Source: Clostridia bacterium (lineage in GTDB: Bacteria; Bacillota; Clostridia; Oscillospirales; CAG-272). Taken from it: 64,000 nt of DNA. Position 1 is the stretch's first letter, and every line of letters starts with the position of its first letter. The notes beneath the pieces were generated by a model, which was given only the letters and a program-made list of their open reading frames with translations, was not told the origin of the DNA and did no database searches. The position numbers and the translations under genes are program-made. Location: positions 19,175-83,174 of the forward strand of contig JAFTZI010000056.1 in the NCBI GenBank assembly GCA_017461055.1, read 5' to 3'. Below, piece by piece: positions 51,145 to 60,292 of the stretch.

Positions 51145-51191
51145 TTTAACGTATCTCCTTAGCTTTATATAGGTATTTTATCACAGCAAGC

Positions 51192-51240
51192 TTTAAAATT
51201 CAATGACTATATTGAATTTTAAATGCTCTTATGTTAAAAT
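51192..51240 (+). promoter_or_regulatory. Promoter with overlapping AT-rich 13-bp inverted repeat (candidate operator) for the amidohydrolase-GH2 unit
   Basis: TTTAAAATTCAAT (51192-51204), gactat, ATTGAATTTTAAA (51211-51223). The right arm contains the -35 TTGAAT (51212-51217), then 17 nt, then TAAAAT (51235-51240). Confidence 0.4.
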
Positions 51241-51301
51241 TATGAAAAGAAATCTGCACCACTTAATCTTGGTGTCGCTGTTAAGCCTTGGAGGTTAACC
51301 T

Positions 51302-52363
51302 ATGAGAAATGAAAATTTAATAGATACCCATATGCACATTGAAGCTTGGGAAAACGAGGAATGTGAGTTTATCGACTGCTTTGAAAGGCACAGACAGGAG
51401 TCAGATTTAAAATCTCTTAACATATGCGTAGTTCCAACAAAGCAGAGAAATTTTTGCAATAATATTATGTGCGCTCTTTACAAGCTTGCGCATCCTAATA
51501 CATATATTCACGGCGGCTTTGACCATATGATTTATCCGATTACGGAAAATATGCCAAGCGGTATGGATTTAGTCACTCAATACCGGGAGCTAATGGAAAT
51601 AGGCTTTGACGGAATTAAGCTGATTGAAGGAAAGCCCACAGTCCTTAAGCCACTGGGCAACAACTTAAACCATCCGGCGCTTGACCGTCTTTACACCGAA
51701 ATGGAAAAGGATGGCACACATATCGTTTTTCACATAAATGACCCCATTGATTGCTGGGACATTAATAAAACAAGCAAGGAATTTATTGATAAGGGCTGGT
51801 TTTATGGCGACGGTACATATTTAACCTATGAGGAAACCTATGAGCAGGCATTAAAGCTTTTTGAAAATCATCCAAGTCTGAAGGCTACCCTTGCCCACTT
51901 CTTTTTCTGTGGGGACACACCTGAGAAAGTTGTGTCTTTGCTTGAAAAATACCCCAACCTGTGTGTGGATTTGACCCCGGGATGCGAAATGTACCACTCC
52001 TTTGAAGGAAAGCACGACTATTACCGTGAGTTCTTTAAAAAGTATTCCGACAGAGTTTTGTTAGGCACAGACGGAACATTCCCGTGGGCAACCAAATGCC
52101 ACGTGTGGTGCATTGATATTCTTTCCCGCTTTATAGCAACGGAGGATAAAATGATGGCATTTGACGACAGCATTTTAACAGGCTTGGGCATTGGCGGCGA
52201 GGCAAAGGAAAATATGTTCTACAAAAACTACGAAAGGCGTGTTGGCACCTCTCCCAAGCAAATAAACAAAAAAGCCTTAAAGGACTACATTCATAAGTAT
52301 TGGCAGCTTTTAAGCAAGGACGAGCAGGAGCACTTAACTCCATACATTAAAAGGTATATATAA
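51302..52363 (+). CDS. Amidohydrolase-superfamily (TIM-barrel metal-dependent hydrolase) protein
   Basis: NLIDTHMHIEAW (HxH metal motif), later VFHINDP and LGTDG. 353 aa. GGAGG RBS. Confidence 0.65.
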   Translation: MRNENLIDTHMHIEAWENEECEFIDCFERHRQESDLKSLNICVVPTKQRNFCNNIMCALYKLAHPNTYIHGGFDHMIYPITENMPSGMDLVTQYRELMEIGFDGIKLIEGKPTVLKPLGNNLNHPALDRLYTEMEKDGTHIVFHINDPIDCWDINKTSKEFIDKGWFYGDGTYLTYEETYEQALKLFENHPSLKATLAHFFFCGDTPEKVVSLLEKYPNLCVDLTPGCEMYHSFEGKHDYYREFFKKYSDRVLLGTDGTFPWATKCHVWCIDILSRFIATEDKMMAFDDSILTGLGIGGEAKENMFYKNYERRVGTSPKQINKKALKDYIHKYWQLLSKDEQEHLTPYIKRYI

Positions 52364-52378
52364 TAACGGAGAAGCAAT

Positions 52379-54706
52379 ATGAAGAAAATTAACATGAACA
52401 AGGGCTGGAGCTTTTGCTTAAACGACGGACTTGATTGGGACGCAAGGACGGATAAGTGGGACGGAATAGTTGATTTACCCCACGATTTTTCGATAATTCA
52501 AGAAAGAAGCAAGGACGCGCCGAGTGGCTCCTCGGGCGGATTTTTCCAAGGCGGACTTGGCACATATCAAAAAACCTTTAAAGCAAAGAAAAACAAAAAA
52601 TATTTCTTTATGTGTGATGGCTCATTCGGTGTTACCGACGTGCAGATAAACTCAAATATAGCTTGCACAAACACCTATGGCTATAATAGCTTTTTTGCCG
52701 ACATTACGGAATATTTAAGATATGATAAGGAAAATGAGCTTTATATAAGAGTAGATGCGGTTTCTCAGCCAATGGCACGCTGGTACACAGGCGCAGGCTT
52801 ATACAGAGATGTGTACTTGTGCGAGGGTGAGGCTGTGTCCGTACATCCCTTTGGTGTTTTCGTGCGTACAGAAAATGTAATTGACAAAACAGCCTATATG
52901 AGCTTAAGCGCGATTATACTGTCTGAGCGAAAAACCGAAGCCACCTTGAATTTTGAAATTTTCGAGGGCAAAAAGCGCACTCCCTGCTTAAGCCTTTCAA
53001 AATGCGTTGTTCTTAATAACGGTGAAAACGAAATAAACAGTAAATTCCAAATTGATAATGTAAAGCTGTGGGATATAGACTCTCCCAATATGTACCGTAT
53101 CAAAACAACAGTTAAGGTAAATGACGCTCAGGACTCTGACGAAAGCGCCTTTGGCGTAAGAACTGTAAATATAGACTCCCAAAAGGGCTTTATGCTCAAC
53201 GGAAAAAGCATTAAGCTTCGCGGCGGCTGTATTCACCACGACCAAGGACCTCTTGGCGCTTCTGTATATGCCGAAACGGAGTACAGACGAGTAGCAAGAC
53301 TAAAGGAAGCAGGCTTCAATGCAATTCGTCTGTCACATAACCCACAGTCAAAGCATCTGTATGATGCCTGTGATAATTTGGGTATGCTTGTAATGGATGA
53401 GCTTTTTGACTATTGGACACAGGGAAAAAAGGACCACGATTTTCATTCGTATTTTCAAGATAACTGGGAAAAGTGGACTGAGTTAATCGTTTTACGCAAC
53501 AGATGCCACCCAAGCATAGTTATGTGGTCAACAGGAAATGAAATTCCGCAAAAGTCTGGCAGAGGAAATGGCTATTACATAGCTACCGATATTGCAAATA
53601 AAATCCGTTCTCTTGATTCAACCCGTCCGATAACCCACGCCCTTTGCAGCCTTTGGGACAATAAAGAGGAGTACGAAAAGGAAAAGAACGAGCAGGATTT
53701 TGGCAAAGATAAAATGGACTATTTTGCAAGGGCAACAGCCATAACCGCTGATACCACCGACATAATAGGCTATAACTATCTTGAATATCGCTTGGAGAGG
53801 GATTTGGTAAGATTTCCTCAAAGAGTAATTATAAACACCGAAACCTTCCCGCTTTGCGCTTATAAAACAATAAAGCAACAGCTAAGCAATCCAAGAATTG
53901 CAGGCGACTTTGTTTGGACCGCTTGGGACTATTTTGGCGAAACAGGTATAGGTCACGTTGAGTATAATGAAAGAACGTACGATTTTATTCTTAAGCACCC
54001 ATATCACATTGCTAACTGTGGCGACATTGATATTATAGGAGAAAGAAAGCCACAGTCCTATTACCGTGAAATAGCTTGGGAGCTAAGACGCGACCCGTAT
54101 ATAGCAGTCCGTCATCCAAAGGTATGTCATATTCCTTATTTTATAAGCGGCTGGGGCTTCTATGACTGTGAGCATTCTTGGGGATTTACAGGCTATGAGG
54201 GAAAAGAATGTGAAGCGTACGTGTTTGCAGACTGTGACGAGTTAGTCTTATACATAAATGATAAAGAGGTAGGACGTAATACAAGGACAGAGGACGGTGT
54301 ATATAAATTTAATGTAAAATACGAAAACGGTACTATTTTGGCAGTTGCATATACAGATGGCAAGGAAATAGGAAGGTCTTGCATTAAAACCGAGGGCGAG
54401 GCAAAGACACTTAATCTTGTTAAGGAAAAATCATACACCAATACAGACATTGTATATGTAGATGCGCTGATTCAAGACGAAAGCGGAAGCCTATGCACAC
54501 AAGAGGAAAGAGAAATTACCTTTACCGTAAACGGAGGCAAGCTTCTTGCCTGCGCAGGCGGCAGCCTTACCGATACGGGAGTTTATACCGATAATAAATG
54601 CAGAGTTTATAAGGGCAGAGGCATTGCTATTGTAAAAAGAACAGACAAGCAAGCAACACTGCGTGCAGAATGTGAAGGACTTCCAACCGTTGAAATTGTG
54701 GTGTAA
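52379..54706 (+). CDS. Glycoside hydrolase family 2 (beta-galactosidase / beta-glucuronidase-like)
   Basis: Sugar-binding N-domain (GWSF...VDLPHDFSI), NAIRLSHNPQSKHLYDACDNLGMLVMDE, and acid/base WSTGNEIP. 775 aa. Confidence 0.85.
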   Translation: MKKINMNKGWSFCLNDGLDWDARTDKWDGIVDLPHDFSIIQERSKDAPSGSSGGFFQGGLGTYQKTFKAKKNKKYFFMCDGSFGVTDVQINSNIACTNTYGYNSFFADITEYLRYDKENELYIRVDAVSQPMARWYTGAGLYRDVYLCEGEAVSVHPFGVFVRTENVIDKTAYMSLSAIILSERKTEATLNFEIFEGKKRTPCLSLSKCVVLNNGENEINSKFQIDNVKLWDIDSPNMYRIKTTVKVNDAQDSDESAFGVRTVNIDSQKGFMLNGKSIKLRGGCIHHDQGPLGASVYAETEYRRVARLKEAGFNAIRLSHNPQSKHLYDACDNLGMLVMDELFDYWTQGKKDHDFHSYFQDNWEKWTELIVLRNRCHPSIVMWSTGNEIPQKSGRGNGYYIATDIANKIRSLDSTRPITHALCSLWDNKEEYEKEKNEQDFGKDKMDYFARATAITADTTDIIGYNYLEYRLERDLVRFPQRVIINTETFPLCAYKTIKQQLSNPRIAGDFVWTAWDYFGETGIGHVEYNERTYDFILKHPYHIANCGDIDIIGERKPQSYYREIAWELRRDPYIAVRHPKVCHIPYFISGWGFYDCEHSWGFTGYEGKECEAYVFADCDELVLYINDKEVGRNTRTEDGVYKFNVKYENGTILAVAYTDGKEIGRSCIKTEGEAKTLNLVKEKSYTNTDIVYVDALIQDESGSLCTQEEREITFTVNGGKLLACAGGSLTDTGVYTDNKCRVYKGRGIAIVKRTDKQATLRAECEGLPTVEIVV

Positions 54707-54732
54707 ATTTTGATGCGAAAAATAAATTTTTG

Positions 54733-54783
54733 CTTGAAAAAGAAATTAAAAAGTGATAAAATAAAGATGTAACTTAGGTTACA
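54733..54783 (+). promoter_or_regulatory. Putative promoter plus 7-4-7 inverted repeat upstream of the 82-aa ORF
   Basis: TTGAAA (54733-54738), 17 nt, TAAAAT (54756-54761), followed by ATGTAAC-ttag-GTTACAT (54766-54783). Confidence 0.35.
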
Positions 54784-54878
54784 TTTGAGAGTGAATATCA
54801 GTGGATTTCCAATGTTATCTTCCCTCGAGCACATCTCTCTAATTAAGGATGCGTAAGGCGTTAAAGGAGGTGTGTTAA

Positions 54879-55127
54879 ATGAAGCGTGTAAAGGCAGGAT
54901 GTATTCTTCAAACACTTGTGTTTATGCAAAAGGAAGAAAGAGGCTTTAGTAAAGAGCAACAGCTTAAGTATAATCGCGAGGAGCTTGAAAAGTACAAGAG
55001 CGATTTGAACAAGAATAAAACACGTTATCAAATTCTCGAGGTAAGAGAAGAGCCTGACTGTTCAATAATTGTTCGCGTAAGAAAGCAATTGAACGATACG
55101 GTTAGTGTTGATGAATATTTTGAATAA
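54879..55127 (+). CDS. Hypothetical small protein (82 aa)
   Basis: Strong AAAGGAGGTG RBS. Charged, soluble. Followed by the hairpin AGCCGACTGT...ACAGTCGGCT at about 55136-55190. No family recognised. Confidence 0.45.
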   Translation: MKRVKAGCILQTLVFMQKEERGFSKEQQLKYNREELEKYKSDLNKNKTRYQILEVREEPDCSIIVRVRKQLNDTVSVDEYFE

Positions 55128-55286
55128 TGCTTGAACAGCCGACTGTAATGTGTAGCTTTCTTAAAAGTATCACACTAACAGTCGGCTTTTCCAAAGCATT
55201 TAATTGGAATTTGTTGTATTTTCACTCCGAAAACCCATTATTGATAATATGAACATATGATAATATGTAAATTCAACGGAGAAAAA

Positions 55287-55688
55287 ATGACAAAAGAAGA
55301 GTTTTTTAAATACAATTTGGAAAAATATGGAATAGATCCGGACTACCCCTTTGAAAATGATTTTGAAACTGCGGTTTTGCGTCATCCGGATAATAAGAAA
55401 TGGTATGCCTTAACAATGCGTGTTTCCAAAAGCAAATTTGGACATAAAAGTGACAAAGCAGTGTGGGTCGTAAATATGAAGCTTCCCATAGAGCTGTTTG
55501 GCTCCTTTAACGCAAACGACGGAGTTTATCCTGCTTACCACATGAACAAGCTTCATTGGATTTCCGTTTTAATTGAAGAAGCGGAAAAAGAAACAATAGA
55601 GTTTTTAACCGACGTAAGCTTTGATGCTACTCAAAAGAAGTCAAAGACAAATAAAAAGCAAAAAAAGCTATCACACCCAACCTGTTAA
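55287..55688 (+). CDS. MmcQ/YjbR family DNA-binding protein
   Basis: ATG at 55287 (GGAG RBS). DYPFENDFETAVLRHPDNKKWYALTM...PAYHMNKLHWISV is the family pattern. Confidence 0.7.
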   Translation: MTKEEFFKYNLEKYGIDPDYPFENDFETAVLRHPDNKKWYALTMRVSKSKFGHKSDKAVWVVNMKLPIELFGSFNANDGVYPAYHMNKLHWISVLIEEAEKETIEFLTDVSFDATQKKSKTNKKQKKLSHPTC

Positions 55689-55705
55689 GTGTGATAGCCT
55701 TTTTT
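55669..55705 (+). terminator. Rho-independent terminator
   Basis: TATCACAC (55669-55676), 12-nt loop, GTGTGATA (55689-55696), gccTTTTTT. The stem includes the stop codon. Confidence 0.6.
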
Positions 55706-55728
55706 ACTTAATCATTAATTCAAACCTA

Positions 55729-56019
55729 TCATGCGTCCTTCCATTTAAGCGGAGCAATTGAAACGCACCCCTTATTCGGTACATCATCATATTCGTTCCG
55801 GCCGCAGGTTGTTATGTAGTACTTGTCCCCTTCGTAATAACCTCGGGCGCGTGAGCAAATAGTGTTGTAATCGGTATAGTGCCATCCTCAAAGTCGGTAA
55901 GACCAAATAAATGATATTTACCGTCGTGTGCCTTGATTACCGAGCGGTCGTTAATATAATTGCCTTTTTTTCAGGCTTAAAGGTACACCCCATTCTCCGT
56001 CAATATACGGTATTTTCAT
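55729..56019 (-). pseudogene. Decayed gene remnant (frameshifted, truncated), possibly a beta-propeller glycosidase-like fragment
   Basis: Good AGGAG RBS plus an ATG (56019). It reads MKIPYIDGEWGVPLSLKK and stops after a poly-A run. The other frames continue GNYINDRSVIKAHDGKYHLFGLTDFEDG... and ...GYYEGDKYYITTCGRNEYDDVPNKGCVSIAPLKWKDA. No ORF of 60 aa or more appears in the track here. Confidence 0.4.
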
Positions 56020-56250
56020 ATTTAACTCCTTGATGTGCATATTTATAATTTAACTTCTGTTTTCATTGTAGCGCCAAACAAAAATTATTTCAATAATATT
56101 GCAAAGAATTAGGAAAAAGTAATTGAAAATAGAATAGTCAAATGCTATAATGAAAATATATCAATTGTAAAATTCCGTTTTGATATTAAAATGTAATTTT
56201 CACCCGGTTTTTTACTTGTGTGCCACTTAAAGTTTTATCAAGGAGCAACA

Positions 56251-57813
56251 ATGGAAAACAGTTTTTACTATGAATATATAGAGTCAGACGGGGATAGGCT
56301 TTTTACCTGTGTTTGTCTGCCACAAAAGAAAAATGAGCTACCCTGTGTCGTTATGCGCTCACCTTATGTTGACGGTTGTGAACAGCTTGACGAAAACGAG
56401 GTATGCAAAAAAATCCTTGAAGGCAATATAAAATGGTTAGAAAACGGATATGCGGTTGTGTTTCAGCATTGTAGGGGAAGAGGAAAAAGCACAGGCGATT
56501 TTATCCCTTATGTGTACGAAAGAAAAGACGGACTTTTGCTTCAAAGCTGGATACGTACTCAAGGATTTTATAACGGAGAGCTATATTTGGTTGGCGGAAG
56601 CTATACTGCCTCTGTCCATTACTTAACCGCCCCCTTTGCCAATGATATTAAGGGCGCAATTTTTGCGGTGCAGGACACAGAGCGATACAATCTGAATTAC
56701 CGAAACGGATTTTTTAAAATCGGTCTGCACGGTGAATGGTATGTGCAAATGTATAAAAACAGGAGCATACCAAAGAAAAGCTACACAATCGATTCCTACA
56801 ATATGTTACCCCTTTCTTCCTTTTCAAAAGCAGTTTTTGGGGAGGACGTGGATGATTTTGATGAAATTTTGCGTCGCCCAAATAAGAATGATCCATTTTG
56901 GAAAACACAAAAGGGCGGGTGCGAATCACATAACGCAATAAACAATTCAAATATTCCTATTTTGCTGACAACGGGATTTTACGACATATACACAGGCGGT
57001 GTATTTGATATGTGGAAGAAGCTTGATTGGGCAACTAAGGAAAAAAGCGCCTTAGTTGTTCATCCCTATGACCACGGCGGAATACCCGATTTTCAACCTG
57101 TTCGCTTCGAAAACGGTATGATATCAGAGGCCTTTGGCGATTATGAGCGTAACTGGCTAAATGCCATAAGAGGAGTGGGCAAATTTCCCTTTGAGCGTGG
57201 CAAGGTAACCTACTACAATTTATTTGAAAACCGCTGGCACGTGGATGATTTTGCCACTCCAAGCAGCAAAATTACCTTTACTCTCGGCGAAACGGAACAG
57301 TCCTATTTGTATGACCCAAGCAACCCTGCAACCTTTAACGGAGGGCTCAGCGCAAACTTTGGCGGCACATCTTGGCAAAATAAGCCGAATTTACGAAAGG
57401 ATATAGTAACTCTATATACACCAAGGCTTGAAAAGGACGTTTATGTAAAAGGCAAGATAAGTGCTAAGCTGCTTGTAAAATCAAGCTGTGAGGACACCTG
57501 CTTTTATGTTCGCATAAGCCTTGAAGATAAGGACGGAGATTATGGCTTGCGTGATGATATAAATCAAATTTCAAGCTTTGCCAAGGATTATAAGCCAAAT
57601 ACCGAAATTTATATGGACTTTTCCTTTGATGAGCATGCCTTTTTAATTAAAAAGGGTCAAAGGCTCCGTGTTGATATTTCGTCAAGCGCACTGCCACACT
57701 ATGTCAGACATACTAATAAAAAGGGCCTTTTTTCGACACAGGGTGAGGCTTTTGTTGCAAAAAACACAGTTGTTTGTAATAAATCAACCTTGACTGTTCC
57801 TTACAGCGATTAA
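56251..57813 (+). CDS. CocE/NonD family hydrolase (S15 X-Pro dipeptidyl-peptidase-like alpha/beta hydrolase)
   Basis: ATG at 56251 with AGGAG RBS. VVMRSPY, GYAVVFQHCRGRGKSTG, nucleophile elbow VGGSYTAS, C-terminal beta-sandwich domain. Confidence 0.7.
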   Translation: MENSFYYEYIESDGDRLFTCVCLPQKKNELPCVVMRSPYVDGCEQLDENEVCKKILEGNIKWLENGYAVVFQHCRGRGKSTGDFIPYVYERKDGLLLQSWIRTQGFYNGELYLVGGSYTASVHYLTAPFANDIKGAIFAVQDTERYNLNYRNGFFKIGLHGEWYVQMYKNRSIPKKSYTIDSYNMLPLSSFSKAVFGEDVDDFDEILRRPNKNDPFWKTQKGGCESHNAINNSNIPILLTTGFYDIYTGGVFDMWKKLDWATKEKSALVVHPYDHGGIPDFQPVRFENGMISEAFGDYERNWLNAIRGVGKFPFERGKVTYYNLFENRWHVDDFATPSSKITFTLGETEQSYLYDPSNPATFNGGLSANFGGTSWQNKPNLRKDIVTLYTPRLEKDVYVKGKISAKLLVKSSCEDTCFYVRISLEDKDGDYGLRDDINQISSFAKDYKPNTEIYMDFSFDEHAFLIKKGQRLRVDISSSALPHYVRHTNKKGLFSTQGEAFVAKNTVVCNKSTLTVPYSD

Positions 57814-57862
57814 AATAGCTGCATAACGTAGCTTAAATAAATTATTTACTTCGGAGGTAAAA

Positions 57863-59182
57863 ATGAAAATTACTTTTATGGGTGCGGGAAGCACAGTCTT
57901 CGCAAAAAACGTTTTAGGTGACGTTCTCTTAACACCGGCACTTACAAAGGATTTAACCATCGCTCTTTACGACATAGACGGTGACAGACTTGAGGAATCC
58001 TATGTAGTTATTGATGCACTTAACAAAAAGTACAACGAGGGCAAGGCAGTTATCAACAAATATTTGGGAGTTGAAAATCGCAAGGATGCCCTAAGAGACG
58101 CAAAATTTGTTGTAAACGCAATACAGGTTGGCTTATACGACCCTTGTACAATTATAGATTTTGAAATTCCCAAGAAATACGGTCTCCGTCAAACAATAGG
58201 CGATACCCTTGGAATAGGCGGCATCTTCAGAGGTCTCAGAACCATCCATGTTCTAAAAGACTTTGCTAAGGATATGGAGGAGGTTTGCCCCGACGCTTAC
58301 TTCCTTAACTACACAAATCCAATGGCAATTCTTACAGGCTATATGCTTCGCTACACCAAAATAAAGACCTTGGGTCTTTGCCATAGCGTTCAGGTATGTA
58401 CAGAATGGCTTTTTGGCAAGCTTGGATTAGACAAGGAAATAATCGGCTCAGAGCTGATAGCGGGAATTAACCATATGGGCTGGCTCCTTGAAATCCGTGA
58501 CAAGGAAGGCAATGATTTATATCCGCAAATCCGCGCGCTTGCAAAGGAGAAAAACGCAAAGGAAAAGCATAGCGATATGGTAAGATACGACTATATGGAC
58601 AAGCTTGGCTATTATTGCACAGAAAGCTCCGAGCATAATGCAGAGTATAACCCGTTCTACATAAAGTCCAAATACCCCGAGCTTATTGAGAAGTTCAACA
58701 TTCCTCTTGATGAATATCCGCGCCGCTGCGTTGACCAAATCGCAAGATGGCAAAAGCAAAAGGAGGAGCTATTGAACGGTGGCGACATAGAGCATAAGAG
58801 AACTCACGAGTATGCTTCATACATAATGGAGTCAATCGTGACAAATACTCCGTACAAAATCGGCGGAAATGTTCTTAACACAGGCTTAATCGACAACCTA
58901 CCGTCCAATGCCTGCGTTGAGGTTCCTTGCTTGATTGACGGTAACGGAATCCACCCAACACACGTAGGAGAATTGCCACCGCAATGCGCCGCTATGAATA
59001 TGCTTAACATAAATGCTCAGCTTCTTACAATAGAGGCGGCAAGAACAGGCAAGCGCGAGCATATTTATCACGCGGCAATGCTTGACCCACATACAAACTC
59101 CGAATTGTCAATTGACGATATAATCGCAATGTGTGATGAGCTGATAGAGGCTCACACCAAGGCGGGTTATCCAGTGCTTTAA
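57863..59182 (+). CDS. Glycoside hydrolase family 4 (NAD/Mn-dependent alpha-galactosidase / alpha-glucosidase)
   Basis: MKITFMGAGSTVFAKNVLGD (Rossmann NAD site), NYTNPMAILT, GLCHSVQ, INHMGW. 439 aa. Confidence 0.85.
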   Translation: MKITFMGAGSTVFAKNVLGDVLLTPALTKDLTIALYDIDGDRLEESYVVIDALNKKYNEGKAVINKYLGVENRKDALRDAKFVVNAIQVGLYDPCTIIDFEIPKKYGLRQTIGDTLGIGGIFRGLRTIHVLKDFAKDMEEVCPDAYFLNYTNPMAILTGYMLRYTKIKTLGLCHSVQVCTEWLFGKLGLDKEIIGSELIAGINHMGWLLEIRDKEGNDLYPQIRALAKEKNAKEKHSDMVRYDYMDKLGYYCTESSEHNAEYNPFYIKSKYPELIEKFNIPLDEYPRRCVDQIARWQKQKEELLNGGDIEHKRTHEYASYIMESIVTNTPYKIGGNVLNTGLIDNLPSNACVEVPCLIDGNGIHPTHVGELPPQCAAMNMLNINAQLLTIEAARTGKREHIYHAAMLDPHTNSELSIDDIIAMCDELIEAHTKAGYPVL

Positions 59183-59184
59183 TA

Positions 59185-60114
59185 ATGAGCTTTCAAGGTA
59201 AAGCAAAGTCCGTAATTGTAGGACACGCAGTTGCCGATGCCCTTGGCGTTCCCGTTGAATTTATGTCAAGGGAGGAGCTTAAGAAAAACCCTGTTAAGAA
59301 TATGAGGGAATTTGGCACTCACAAAGTGCCAAAGGGCTCTTGGTCAGATGACACAAGCATGGCTCTGTGTACTCTTGATGTCTTGACAAGCGGAAGCATC
59401 GATTACGAAAAAATAATGGATAACTTTTGCAAATGGTGCTATGAAAATGAATATACTCCAACAGGAATCAATTTCGACATAGGCATAGGCTGTAGCCAAG
59501 CCATTGGTAATTACAAGCGCGGTAAATCGTATAGCGAGTGTGGCTTAAGCGATGAATATTCAAACGGTAACGGCTCGCTTATGAGAATACATCCCGTAAC
59601 GCTGTATTTAGCAAATTCCTGTATGCCAATAAAGGAAAAAATCGAAATTATTCATAACGTGTCAGCTCTTACTCACGCGCATAAGCGCTCTATGATAGGC
59701 TGTGGCATATATTCCTTCATTTTGTGGAAGCTTTTAAAAAATCCGCAAAAAGAAAGCATTTACAGAGGAATTGAAAAGGCTAAGGAATACTATTGTAGCG
59801 AAAGCGAGCTTAAGCATTACGAAAGAATACTTAACGGTAAGCTTGAGAAACTAACAGAAAATGAAATTTCAAGCTCAGGCTACGTTGTTCATTCTCTTGA
59901 AGCTTCCTTGTGGTGCTTGTTAACCACAAGCAGCTATGAGGAGTGCGCCTTAAAGGCAGTAAATCTCGGCTCGGACACAGATACCGTTGGCGCAATTGCA
60001 GGAGGTCTTGCAGGAGCCTTATACGGATACGACTCCATCCCAAGCGATTGGAAGGACAGCCTGATTAAGCTTAAATGGATAGAAGAGCTTTGTCAAAGCG
60101 CATATAAAGATTAA
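59185..60114 (+). CDS. ADP-ribosylglycohydrolase (ARH/DraG) family protein
   Basis: GHAVADALGVPVEF...GSWSDDTSMALC...GNGSLMRIHP...LGSDTDTVGAIAGGLAGALYG are the di-metal ligand motifs of the family. Starts 2 nt after the GH4 stop. Confidence 0.85.
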   Translation: MSFQGKAKSVIVGHAVADALGVPVEFMSREELKKNPVKNMREFGTHKVPKGSWSDDTSMALCTLDVLTSGSIDYEKIMDNFCKWCYENEYTPTGINFDIGIGCSQAIGNYKRGKSYSECGLSDEYSNGNGSLMRIHPVTLYLANSCMPIKEKIEIIHNVSALTHAHKRSMIGCGIYSFILWKLLKNPQKESIYRGIEKAKEYYCSESELKHYERILNGKLEKLTENEISSSGYVVHSLEASLWCLLTTSSYEECALKAVNLGSDTDTVGAIAGGLAGALYGYDSIPSDWKDSLIKLKWIEELCQSAYKD

Positions 60115-60119
60115 TAAAC

Positions 60120-60160
60120 AACCACCTGCCTCGGAAAACCGAAGCAGGTGGTTATTTTTT
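60120..60160 (+). terminator. Rho-independent terminator
   Basis: AACCACCTGCcTCGG (60120-60134), aaaa, CCGAaGCAGGTGGTT (60139-60153), aTTTTTT. Confidence 0.85.
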
Positions 60161-60210
60161 GAGCAAAGAGCAGCTACGCTAATATAATAAGTCATATTAG
60201 AAAAAATATC

Positions 60211-60239
60211 TTGTATTTTTGTCGAAAGTATGATAAAAT
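60211..60239 (+). promoter_or_regulatory. Putative promoter of the TIR-LRR / permease unit
   Basis: TTGTAT (60211-60216), 17 nt, TAAAAT (60234-60239), about 54 nt upstream of the ATG. Confidence 0.45.
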
Positions 60240-60292
60240 GAAAAATAGCGAATTGTTTTATCTTTTAGATTCTACATAAGGAGGTGGCGTAT

